Shown: positions 9,263 through 17,380, counted from the stretch's first letter. The stretch is DNA of 53,924 nucleotides from Rickettsiales bacterium (GCA_016780625.1 JADHLN010000002.1:1-53924), one strand, 5' to 3'. Notes: generated from the sequence alone by a model not told the origin. Program-made: numbers and translations.

Positions 9263-9710
9263 GTTAATTATAATATTATGTTTTTTTGCAAATATAGCTT
9301 TTGCAAATGAAATATTACCTAAATTTGTTTCCTTAAAAGTTAGTGAAGCAAATGTGAGAACTGGTCCCGGTACTAATTTTCCTGTAAAATGGGTTTATAT
9401 TTCAGAGCATCTAGCTTTAGAGGTTATAGATAAATTTGATAATTGGTATAAGGTTAGGGATCATGAATTACAAACTGGATGGTTGCATAAATCATTAGTT
9501 GGAGGTTCACGTTATTTCACAGTTATAAAAGATAATGCAAATTTATATAGAAATCCGCGTATTGGTTTAGTTATTTTTCAGTTAAAGCAAAATGTGAGAG
9601 GTAAAATTAAATCTTGTAGAAGTATTTGGTGTAATATTAAGGTTGATAAATATGAGGGGTGGATTGAAAAGAGAAATATTTTTGGCGCTTATACATATGA
9701 GTCTTTTTAA
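9252..9710 (+). CDS. secreted bacterial SH3 (SH3b) domain protein
   Basis: 152 aa. Signal peptide MLLRLIIILCFFANIAFA, then two SH3b-like segments (VSEANVRTGPGTNFPVKWVY...WYKVRD...GWLHKSLV and a second ...GWIEKRNIFG). Overlaps the SDR gene by 11 nt. Confidence 0.7.
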   Translation: MLLRLIIILCFFANIAFANEILPKFVSLKVSEANVRTGPGTNFPVKWVYISEHLALEVIDKFDNWYKVRDHELQTGWLHKSLVGGSRYFTVIKDNANLYRNPRIGLVIFQLKQNVRGKIKSCRSIWCNIKVDKYEGWIEKRNIFGAYTYESF

Positions 9711-9799
9711 TTAAGCTAGAAATAACTAATAACTTTCATTAAAAAACACGTTATAATTTAAAATTTAGTTAAATATCATTATGTTACAATAAAAAATTA

Positions 9800-9808
9800 T
9801 GCTATAAT
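9800..9808 (+). promoter_or_regulatory. candidate extended -10 promoter element (TGcTATAAT)
   Basis: A perfect TGnTATAAT lies in one of the few real intergenic gaps. An AGGTGA Shine-Dalgarno follows at 9826-9831, then the ATG at 9837. TATAAT-like hexamers are frequent by chance in DNA this AT-rich. Confidence 0.35.
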
Positions 9809-9836
9809 ATATTTATAGTAATATTTAGGTGATATT

Positions 9837-10265
9837 ATGAGTGAGGATAGAATTATTAATGGATATAATAAAAAATCTCTTATAGAAGGGCGGGATAAGT
9901 CACATATTATTAATAATATTATAAATAAAGATAATATTAGTGAGGAATCTGTTAAGGATCTTGAGCATAATTCTGGTAACAATCACGAAAATTCCCATGA
10001 ATATATAGATGAGATAATTTTAGAGCATAATAAACAAATTCAGCAAAAATTACATGAACTGAAGAAAGAGAAATTCATAGAAAATAATGTAAAAAATGAT
10101 TATCATGAAGCAGTATTTTTTGAAAAACCTAAAATTTCCGAAGGCAGAAAAAGAAAATCTTTTAGTAAGTTATTGCGCAAATTACTTGATCCTCCAAAAA
10201 ACCCTTATAAAAGAATTAAGGAGGTAAAAACATTAAGCGGAATTAAAGATTCTTTTCAACGTTAA
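9837..10265 (+). CDS. hypothetical protein, highly charged (K/E/N-rich), no recognisable family
   Basis: 142-aa ORF with a good SD (AGGTGA, 5 nt before the ATG) and a candidate extended -10. Basic C-terminus RKRKSFSKLLRKLLDPPKNPYKRIK. Confidence 0.5.
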   Translation: MSEDRIINGYNKKSLIEGRDKSHIINNIINKDNISEESVKDLEHNSGNNHENSHEYIDEIILEHNKQIQQKLHELKKEKFIENNVKNDYHEAVFFEKPKISEGRKRKSFSKLLRKLLDPPKNPYKRIKEVKTLSGIKDSFQR

Positions 10266-11125
10266 TTATTTATTAAAAACTTCACTAGTTCTAATGCTAT
10301 GCCGCTTGAATTACATTCAGGATGAAACTGCGTTAAGATAAATTTTGGATGGTTTTTATGTTCTGCAGCTTCTATTATACCATCTTTTGAGATAGCTGAT
10401 ATTTTAAGTTTTGGTGATAAATTTTCCTTGAGGCAACCTTGATGATGGATGCTTAATTCTTTTATATCTTTATCTAATATATCTAGTTTTTTGTAGATTT
10501 TATCAAGAAAGCTATTTTTTTTAATTATTATTGAATGCGTTCCTGTAAAGGGGTTTTTTCGTTTATTATTTATTATTTCTTGGAAATTTTCTTCAAATAT
10601 TTTTAGCTCTGTTTTTGTAAGTTTTTTTATTGATTTATCAGAATGTTTTGTGGTGTTTTTATCATTTGTTATAATGTCAGGGATATGTTGTATTAAGCTT
10701 CCGCCCAGTGTAATATTGGCTATTTGCATTCCTCCGCATATGCCAAGTAAGGGTGTTTTATGTTTTAAGGCATGACTAACCATATAAATTTCTGTTTCTT
10801 CTCTTACATTTAATTTGTTCTTTGACAATTTCTTTTCTGTTTCGGGATGAATGTTTTTCTCTTTATATAAAAGAGGGTTAACATCATTTTTATTACCAGG
10901 AAGAATGATGGCATCACATAATGTTAATTTTTCTGCTATTTTTTTTAAATGAGCTTGAATATTTTCTTTGTTTTTCTCTTTTTTTAGATATCTGGGGATG
11001 ATTATGGGGGTTGCATTTGCCAGTTCAATTAATTGAATTAAAACTCTGCAGCGCATAATTTTTGTATCGTCTGTAATTGCGATGAATTTTTTTTTATTGC
11101 TCATTATTAAAAAATATCTTTTCAA
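10262..11125 (-). CDS. class I glutamine amidotransferase-like / peptidase C26 (gamma-glutamyl hydrolase, PuuD-like)
   Basis: 287 aa. LGICGGMQ (nucleophile Cys), HHQ, and IIEAAEH...TQFHPE, typical of the C26/PuuD family. A K-rich insertion separates the motifs. Confidence 0.75.
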   Translation of the reverse strand: MKRYFLIMSNKKKFIAITDDTKIMRCRVLIQLIELANATPIIIPRYLKKEKNKENIQAHLKKIAEKLTLCDAIILPGNKNDVNPLLYKEKNIHPETEKKLSKNKLNVREETEIYMVSHALKHKTPLLGICGGMQIANITLGGSLIQHIPDIITNDKNTTKHSDKSIKKLTKTELKIFEENFQEIINNKRKNPFTGTHSIIIKKNSFLDKIYKKLDILDKDIKELSIHHQGCLKENLSPKLKISAISKDGIIEAAEHKNHPKFILTQFHPECNSSGIALELVKFLINN

Positions 11126-11169
11126 TTAAATTATTATATTTAAATAAGATTTATTTTTAAGTTATTTTT

Positions 11170-12072
11170 ATGAAGATAGGTTTATTAGTATCGGCAAAGG
11201 GATTATATTCTCACAAAAGATTAAAAGAAGAAGCTGAGAGAAGAGGTCATAAGTTTCGTATAATTAATCTAACAAGATGCTTTGTAAATATTACAAATAA
11301 AACTCCTGTAATTTATGATTATAGTGGTAAAGCTATAAAAGGTTTGGATGCTGTTATTCCAAGAATTGAGCCAGAGATTACATTTTTTGGTACAGCAATA
11401 TTAAGACAATTTGAAATGTTAGGTGTTTACTCCCTAAATAATTCTTTGGCTGTATTAAGAGCTCGTGATAAGCTTAGATCTCTTCAAATTCTTGCTAAAC
11501 ACGATATTTCTATGCCTTCCACTGGAATTGCTAATTCTCCTACATCAACTGACGCTATTATTAAATCCTTGGGTGGTGCGCCATTAATTGTAAAATTAGT
11601 TGAGGGTACTGAAGGTAATGGAGTTGTGTTAGCTGAAACTAATAGCGCTGCTAAAAGTGTTATTTCTGCTTTTAAGCAATTAAATGCTAATGTTATTGTA
11701 CAAGAATTTATAAAAGAGTCATCTGGCCATGATCTTAGATGTTTTGTGGTAGGTAATAAAGTTGTAGCATCAATGGAGAGGATAGCTAAGGAAGGAGAAT
11801 ATAGAGCTAATTACCATTTAGGAGCTGATGTTAAGGAGGTGAAAATTACTCCAACAGAAAGAGCAATGGCAATTAAAACTGCAAAAGTAATGGGTATGGA
11901 TGTTGCAGGTATTGATATTTTAAGATCTAATAGAGGTCCTTTGATTTTAGAGGTTAATTCTTCTCCTGGTCTTGAGGGTATTGAGAAGGCAACTAAAATT
12001 AATGTTGCTGGACTGATGATTGAGCATATTGAAAAAAACTATAAAATTCATAGTAAGAAATATACTGCTTAG
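11170..12072 (+). CDS. rimK: RimK-family alpha-L-glutamate ligase (ribosomal protein S6 modification), ATP-grasp
   Basis: 300 aa. The ATP-grasp pattern (LIVKLVEGTEGNGVVLAE, IVQEFIKES.GHDLRCFVVG, GIDILRS..GPLILEVNSSPGLEGIE) is colinear with RimK. Confidence 0.9.
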   Translation: MKIGLLVSAKGLYSHKRLKEEAERRGHKFRIINLTRCFVNITNKTPVIYDYSGKAIKGLDAVIPRIEPEITFFGTAILRQFEMLGVYSLNNSLAVLRARDKLRSLQILAKHDISMPSTGIANSPTSTDAIIKSLGGAPLIVKLVEGTEGNGVVLAETNSAAKSVISAFKQLNANVIVQEFIKESSGHDLRCFVVGNKVVASMERIAKEGEYRANYHLGADVKEVKITPTERAMAIKTAKVMGMDVAGIDILRSNRGPLILEVNSSPGLEGIEKATKINVAGLMIEHIEKNYKIHSKKYTA

Positions 12073-12087
12073 AAATTTTTTAGTGAA

Positions 12088-12161
12088 TGGCTGGGGAACT
12101 AGGATTCGAACCTAGGTTGACGGAGTCAGAGTCCGTAGTCCTACCGCTAGACGATTCCCCA
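12088..12161 (-). tRNA. tRNA-Gln (anticodon CUG)
   Basis: The reverse complement TGGGGAATCGTCTAGCGGTAGGACTACGGACTCTGACTCCGTCAACCTAGGTTCGAATCCTAGTTCCCCAGCCA folds as a cloverleaf. Anticodon loop CTCTGAC; CCA encoded. Confidence 0.9.
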
Positions 12162-12170
12162 AAATAAAAT

Positions 12171-12247
12171 TGGTGCAGCTGGAGAGACTTGAACTCCCAA
12201 CCCCCACCTCCGGAAAGTGATGCTCTATCCAGTTGAGCTACAGCTGC
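12171..12247 (-). tRNA. tRNA-Arg (anticodon CCG)
   Basis: The reverse complement GCAGCTGTAGCTCAACTGGATAGAGCATCACTTTCCGGAGGTGGGGGTTGGGAGTTCAAGTCTCTCCAGCTGCACCA folds as a cloverleaf. Anticodon loop TTCCGGA; CCA encoded. Confidence 0.9.
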
Positions 12248-12253
12248 GTAATA

Positions 12254-12901
12254 TTATGATATTATTGATTCAAAGATTGAGCTGCCATCCGAACCAAAGC
12301 ATATGCTATCTACTGCTCTTTCTGGATGAGGCATCATTGCTAGAATATTTTTGTTTTTATTTAATATGCCAGCAATATTAGCAATTGAGCCATTAGGGTT
12401 ATTTTTATATTTAAATGCAATTTGATCATTATCTTCTAATGATTTTAGGATATCTTCATCACAGAAAAAATTTCCATCATGATGTGCAATTGGTATATTG
12501 ATATTATTATTTACTTTGTTAGTAAATTTAGAGTTTTTATTAATTACTTCTAGTTCTAAATTTTTTGATATGAATTTTAAATTTTTATTACGTAGTAATG
12601 TTCCAGGAACTAAATTTGCTTCACTAAGAATTTGAAAACCATTACAAATTCCAATAATATAACCTCCTTTATCTGCAAATTTTTTAATTTCTTGCATGAT
12701 AGGAGAGTGAGCCGCTATTGCTCCGCATCTTAAGTAGTCACCATATGAAAAGCCGCCAGGAATTGCTATTAAGTCTAGGTTATTTGGTAATGAGGTGTCT
12801 TTATGCCATATTTTATGAAGATTATTAGTGAATTTGGATAATGCTTGATGCATGTCTCTATCGCAATTTGAGCCTGGAAATGTAACTATTGCTGCTTTCA
12901 T
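12254..12901 (-). CDS. purQ: phosphoribosylformylglycinamidine synthase subunit PurQ (glutaminase)
   Basis: 215 aa. TFPGSNCDRD, GICNGFQ (nucleophile Cys) and MMPHPER motifs. Immediately follows purS. Confidence 0.9.
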   Translation of the reverse strand: MKAAIVTFPGSNCDRDMHQALSKFTNNLHKIWHKDTSLPNNLDLIAIPGGFSYGDYLRCGAIAAHSPIMQEIKKFADKGGYIIGICNGFQILSEANLVPGTLLRNKNLKFISKNLELEVINKNSKFTNKVNNNINIPIAHHDGNFFCDEDILKSLEDNDQIAFKYKNNPNGSIANIAGILNKNKNILAMMPHPERAVDSICFGSDGSSIFESIIS

Positions 12902-13144
12902 TTAGGATATTATTTCGTAATTATAATTTTCTATTACTGGGTTGCTTAGAATTTCTTGGCAGGCTTTTTCTATTATTATTTTAGCTTTTTCAATATCATT
13001 TTCAGCTATGTTAATTTCAAAATATTTACCTTGTGTTACAGAATCTATTTGGTTTAAGCCAAGATTAGCAAGAGAATTTTTAATGGCATCACCTTGTGGG
13101 TCTAGAACGCCATTTTTAAGAGTAACGTGAATTTTTGCTTTCAT
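12902..13144 (-). CDS. purS: phosphoribosylformylglycinamidine synthase subunit PurS
   Basis: 80 aa. VTLKNGVLDPQGDAIKNSL motif. Abuts purQ with no spacer. Confidence 0.85.
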   Translation of the reverse strand: MKAKIHVTLKNGVLDPQGDAIKNSLANLGLNQIDSVTQGKYFEINIAENDIEKAKIIIEKACQEILSNPVIENYNYEIIS

Positions 13145-13223
13145 TATTTTAAATTTTGCTAGATATTATAAATTCTTGCTTTCAAATAACAATAAATAAT
13201 ATTAATTTAGAAAAAAAATATTC

Positions 13224-13301
13224 GGGCGGTTAGCTCAGTTGGTCTAGAGCATTACGTTGACATCGTAGGGGTCGGTGGTTCGAATCCACTACCGCCCACC
13301 A
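13224..13301 (+). tRNA. tRNA-Val (anticodon GAC)
   Basis: GGGCGGTTAGCTCAGTTGGTCTAGAGCATTACGTTGACATCGTAGGGGTCGGTGGTTCGAATCCACTACCGCCCACCA folds as a cloverleaf. Anticodon loop TTGACAT; CCA encoded. Confidence 0.9.
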
Positions 13302-13376
13302 TTTTTATGTTTTTGAATCTTTTACTGTTAATTTTATTATTTTTACTGTAATTTATGTTTAAAAATTAAGGTTTTA

Positions 13377-13499
13377 ATGGATTATACTATATATGTTATT
13401 TGTGCCTATTTATTTGCTCTTTTAATGCTTTCTTCTTTATTTTTATTAACTTTTAGGGAGTTTAAAAAAAATTCAAATGCAAAAAAAAGCAAAAAATAG
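13377..13499 (+). CDS. ccmD: candidate heme exporter protein CcmD (40 aa, single TM)
   Basis: Below the ORF-track size cutoff. MDYTIYVICAYLFALLMLSSLFLLTFREFKKNSNAKKSKK has one TM plus a basic tail and a Y..YV..AY pattern as in CcmD. It lies directly upstream of ccmE and overlaps it by 23 nt. Confidence 0.5.
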   Translation: MDYTIYVICAYLFALLMLSSLFLLTFREFKKNSNAKKSKK

Positions 13500-13869
13500 A
13501 TTACAAAATTTAATAATTTTTTCTCTGATTATAGCTGGTTTTACTTTAATTTTACTTAAAAATTTTAAAGATTCAGTCTCTTATTATAAGACTCCTTCTG
13601 AATATTATAAAAATAATTTAATATCTGAATTTAGATTAGGTGGTGTTGTTAAAAAAAATTCCATTGAGATTAAGGATAATGGAGAAGTTAATTTTATTGT
13701 AACTGATTTTACTAATGAAATTAGAGTTTCTTATTATGGTTTACTTCCTGATTTATTTAGAGATGGTCAGGGTGTTGTTTTAGAGGGTAAAATTGAGGAA
13801 GATTTATTTAAAGCAAAAAGAATATTTGCAAAACATGATGAAAATTACAAACCTCCTATCTTAAACTAG
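13477..13869 (+). CDS. ccmE: cytochrome c maturation heme chaperone CcmE
   Basis: 130 aa. N-terminal TM anchor, an OB-fold region, and C-terminal AKHDENYKPP containing the heme-binding His. Confidence 0.9.
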   Translation: MQKKAKNRLQNLIIFSLIIAGFTLILLKNFKDSVSYYKTPSEYYKNNLISEFRLGGVVKKNSIEIKDNGEVNFIVTDFTNEIRVSYYGLLPDLFRDGQGVVLEGKIEEDLFKAKRIFAKHDENYKPPILN

Positions 13870-13872
13870 AAT

Positions 13873-15702
13873 ATGTTTTATTTTTTAGGTAATCTTTCAC
13901 TAATAATGGCGATAATTATCGCTTTTAGCTTGATGATAAGGAGCTTTAATAAAAATTTTTCAAGGAAAGAGAATTTTTATTTTAAATTTGCCTTATTTAT
14001 ATCTAATCTTATTGCTTTTTTGGCATTGGTTTTTGCCTATATTAATTCAGATTTTTCTTTGTTAAATGTTTATTTAAACTCTGATATTAATAAGCCTCTA
14101 TTTTATAAAATAGCTGGAGTATGGGGTAATCATGAGGGTTCTTTATTGCTGTTTATTTTATTACATTCACTTATTTTTCTTTTTACTCTTAATAAATTAG
14201 TAAAAATTTCATTAATTTCTTTTTCTTCATTTTTTTCAGCATTAATAAATTTGATTTTTTTACTTTTCTTATTTTGTTTCTCTAATCCATTTAGTTTAAA
14301 TGAGTTAAATATTGATAATGGTTTAGGTTTAAATCCTGTATTGCAGGATTTTGCTTTAATTATTCATCCACCAATTTTATATCTTGGATATGTTGTTGTT
14401 GCGGTAATTTATTCTTATATATTAGCATTAAGATTAAAGCCCTCTATTAAGGATGATTGGTCTTATTTATATAATTTGCTTAAATCTTCATTTTTCTTTC
14501 TAACATTAGGAATAATTCTTGGATCTTGGTGGGCTTATAGAGAGCTTGGTTGGGGTGGCTATTGGTTTTGGGACCCTGTTGAGAATTTAGCTTTAATAAT
14601 TTGGTTGTTTAATTTGATGTTATTTCATATTTATTTAGCTAATAATTATGAAAATAAATTTGAAAATTGGATATTTTATACCGCATCTAGCTGTTTTTTA
14701 GCAATTTTAGCTAGTTTTTTTATGGTGCGTTCTGGTGTTTTGGTTTCAGTGCATAGTTTTGCTAGTGATCCAATGCGAGGTATTTGCTTGCTTTTAATTT
14801 TGCTCTTTTTTTTAATAGTTACATTTTATATTGCTGCTTTTAAAAAAAATAAAAATGCTAAATATAATTTTAAATTAAACCATGTTGGTTTGTTATTTAT
14901 TAATAATTTTTTAGTTATTGCTAGTTTAATTATTGTTGTTTTTGGCACTTTATACCCAATATTTTTAAATAATTTATTTCAAGAGAATCTTTATATTGGT
15001 GAAGGGTTTTTTAATGAGTCTCTATCACCTATAGTTATTTTGATATTATCAATGTTAAGCTGTTTGCTTTTTAAGATTAATAAGAAAAATTCTATTATTT
15101 TTTTTAGTGTGCTAATATCTTTATCTTTTATAATAATGTTTGTTTTTGCTTTAGATATTATTAAATCTATCTTGCTTATTTTATCATTATTTTTAGCTAT
15201 TTATTCCTTTTATTCTGTATTAGTTATTTGCCTAACTGGTAATATGAAGTCAAAGTTAAATATGTTAATTGCACATTTGGGATTTGCAGTTTTTATGCTT
15301 GGTTTATTGCTAAATAATATTTTTAAATATGAAATAGAAGATAATATTAAGTTATCTGAAATTAAAAATTATAAAAATATAAATCTTCAGTTTTTAGCAA
15401 TAAAACAGGAGAAAAAAGAAAATTTCTTTGCTGTAAAATCAGATTTTAAATTATTTATTAATAATAAAAATATCATACTTAATCCAGAAAAGAGGATTTA
15501 TTTTCCTGGAAATAATATGACTAGCGAAGTTGTAATTCATCGTGAGAAATTAACTGATTATTATTTAGTTGTTGGTCAGATAATAAATAGTGATACTGTT
15601 AAAATACGTTTTATTTATAATCCATTTATAAATTTATTATGGCTTGGTGCTTTTATTTTGCTTTTTCAATTTTTCATCATAAAATCAAAGCAAAATAATT
15701 AA
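13873..15702 (+). CDS. ccmF: cytochrome c-type biogenesis heme lyase subunit CcmF
   Basis: 609-aa polytopic membrane protein with the WGGYWFWDPVEN (WWD) motif. Confidence 0.9.
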   Translation: MFYFLGNLSLIMAIIIAFSLMIRSFNKNFSRKENFYFKFALFISNLIAFLALVFAYINSDFSLLNVYLNSDINKPLFYKIAGVWGNHEGSLLLFILLHSLIFLFTLNKLVKISLISFSSFFSALINLIFLLFLFCFSNPFSLNELNIDNGLGLNPVLQDFALIIHPPILYLGYVVVAVIYSYILALRLKPSIKDDWSYLYNLLKSSFFFLTLGIILGSWWAYRELGWGGYWFWDPVENLALIIWLFNLMLFHIYLANNYENKFENWIFYTASSCFLAILASFFMVRSGVLVSVHSFASDPMRGICLLLILLFFLIVTFYIAAFKKNKNAKYNFKLNHVGLLFINNFLVIASLIIVVFGTLYPIFLNNLFQENLYIGEGFFNESLSPIVILILSMLSCLLFKINKKNSIIFFSVLISLSFIIMFVFALDIIKSILLILSLFLAIYSFYSVLVICLTGNMKSKLNMLIAHLGFAVFMLGLLLNNIFKYEIEDNIKLSEIKNYKNINLQFLAIKQEKKENFFAVKSDFKLFINNKNIILNPEKRIYFPGNNMTSEVVIHREKLTDYYLVVGQIINSDTVKIRFIYNPFINLLWLGAFILLFQFFIIKSKQNN

Positions 15703-15707
15703 ATAAA

Positions 15708-16250
15708 ATGGAATCTCGATTACAAAAATTTCTAACATTATCTATATTTTTAATATTGCTTTTTGCAATGTTTAATTATTTGTTTTTAGACAAATATTCA
15801 GGTGAGAAAAGTAAAATAGGGGCTTTGTTAGGAAAAAAAGTTCCACATTTTGAATATAAATACGCAGATAAAAATGAGGTTTTTATTAGTGCTGAGCTAA
15901 ATGAATTTCATAAAAAATATAAATTGATAAATTTTTTTGCCTCATGGTGTTCAACATGTCTTATAGATCATAAAGAACTAATTAAGTTAAAAGATGATGA
16001 AGATATTGCTTTATTTGGAGTTATTTGGAGAGATTCATATAAGGCTGCAAAAATGTGGTTGTTTCAGCAGGGTAATCCCTATGATATTTTGCTTATTGAT
16101 AAGGAGGGTGTTTCAAAAAAGCAATTTAAGTTAATTGGTGTGCCTGAATCTTTTTTATTAGATGCTAATAATAATATTGTATCTCATTATAGAGGTCCAA
16201 TTAATGCAGGGGCTATTAAAGAAATAGTCAAGGTTTTAAAAAATAACTGA
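15708..16250 (+). CDS. ccmG: thiol:disulfide interchange protein CcmG/DsbE
   Basis: 180 aa. TM anchor, thioredoxin fold with WCSTC, and a GVPESFLLD motif. Follows ccmF. Confidence 0.85.
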   Translation: MESRLQKFLTLSIFLILLFAMFNYLFLDKYSGEKSKIGALLGKKVPHFEYKYADKNEVFISAELNEFHKKYKLINFFASWCSTCLIDHKELIKLKDDEDIALFGVIWRDSYKAAKMWLFQQGNPYDILLIDKEGVSKKQFKLIGVPESFLLDANNNIVSHYRGPINAGAIKEIVKVLKNN

Positions 16251-17372
16251 TTATATCTCAATTATTTCAATATCTTTAAATTTTTTTAAAAATTCTTTAT
16301 TTGTACTAGTAATAAAGCAGTGAATATTTAGATTTATTAGGTCGTTTAGAAATAGTTTGGCATTATCTTCATCAAGATGGCTTAATATTTCATCTATAAG
16401 TAAAATTGGTGTTTGATTGTTGTTTTTGCTTAGTAAATTTGCTTCCGACATTACTATTGATAATAAAAGTGATTTTTGCTCTCCTGTTGAACATAATTTT
16501 GCAGGCATGTTTTTTTTTGAATATACACAAATAAAATCAGTCTTATGAATTCCAATAGATGTTTGTTTTTTTAGAAAATCTTCTTTTCTTGAGTTTTTAA
16601 GTAGTTTTAATGATTCTTCTTCTATTTCTTTGGAATTTTTATTATCAATATACATATTTTCAAATATTCCTTCAAAATAAAGAAATGCTTTAGGATAAAA
16701 ATCAGCTAATTTTTCAAGTTCTGCATTTAAATATTTTATGGTTTGTACTCTTACTGAAGATATTGCTGAATTTAATTCTGATAAATATTTCTCAATTACA
16801 TCAAGCCAATTATTATTAATGTTAGTATTTTGTATGATTTTTAATCTTTCGCGTTGGTAATGTTCATATCTTTGCAAGTTCTTTAGATGTTCAGGGAATA
16901 AATTAAAGCATATGCGATCAAAAAACTTGCGGCGTTCTGACTTGCTTTCAACAAATATTGAATCGAGTAGAGGAGTCAACCAAATTATATTTATATATTT
17001 GCTTAATTTAGTTTGTAATATCTTTTCATTATTTATATTAATTTTGCGGTTTGAATCATTTGATTCTTTAAATGTTTCAAATAATAAATTTCTATTTTCT
17101 ATAGAAAAATTAATTCTAATATTAAATCCTTGGAAATAGCTTTTATTATTAAAGTTTTCTAGCTCTTCTATTTTGGCGTTTCTAAGCCCTCTTCCTGGAG
17201 ATGCTAATGAAATAGTTTCTAATATGTTTGTTTTTCCTACTCCATTTTTACCAATAAAAGCAATAAGATTTTTGGAGAAATTATAGTTTATACTGTTTAT
17301 GTTTCTAAAATTAGTGATTTTTAGATTTTCTATAAATGTTTTAGAAAGATTTTCCTCAACTAATTTTCTCAT
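16251..17372 (-). CDS. recF: DNA replication/repair protein RecF
   Basis: 373 aa. LKITNFRN start, Walker A GKNGVGKTN, an SMC-like signature region and Walker B LLIDEI. Directly downstream of dnaN. Confidence 0.9.
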   Translation of the reverse strand: MRKLVEENLSKTFIENLKITNFRNINSINYNFSKNLIAFIGKNGVGKTNILETISLASPGRGLRNAKIEELENFNNKSYFQGFNIRINFSIENRNLLFETFKESNDSNRKININNEKILQTKLSKYINIIWLTPLLDSIFVESKSERRKFFDRICFNLFPEHLKNLQRYEHYQRERLKIIQNTNINNNWLDVIEKYLSELNSAISSVRVQTIKYLNAELEKLADFYPKAFLYFEGIFENMYIDNKNSKEIEEESLKLLKNSRKEDFLKKQTSIGIHKTDFICVYSKKNMPAKLCSTGEQKSLLLSIVMSEANLLSKNNNQTPILLIDEILSHLDEDNAKLFLNDLINLNIHCFITSTNKEFLKKFKDIEIIEI

Positions 17373-17380
17373 TTGCTAAT

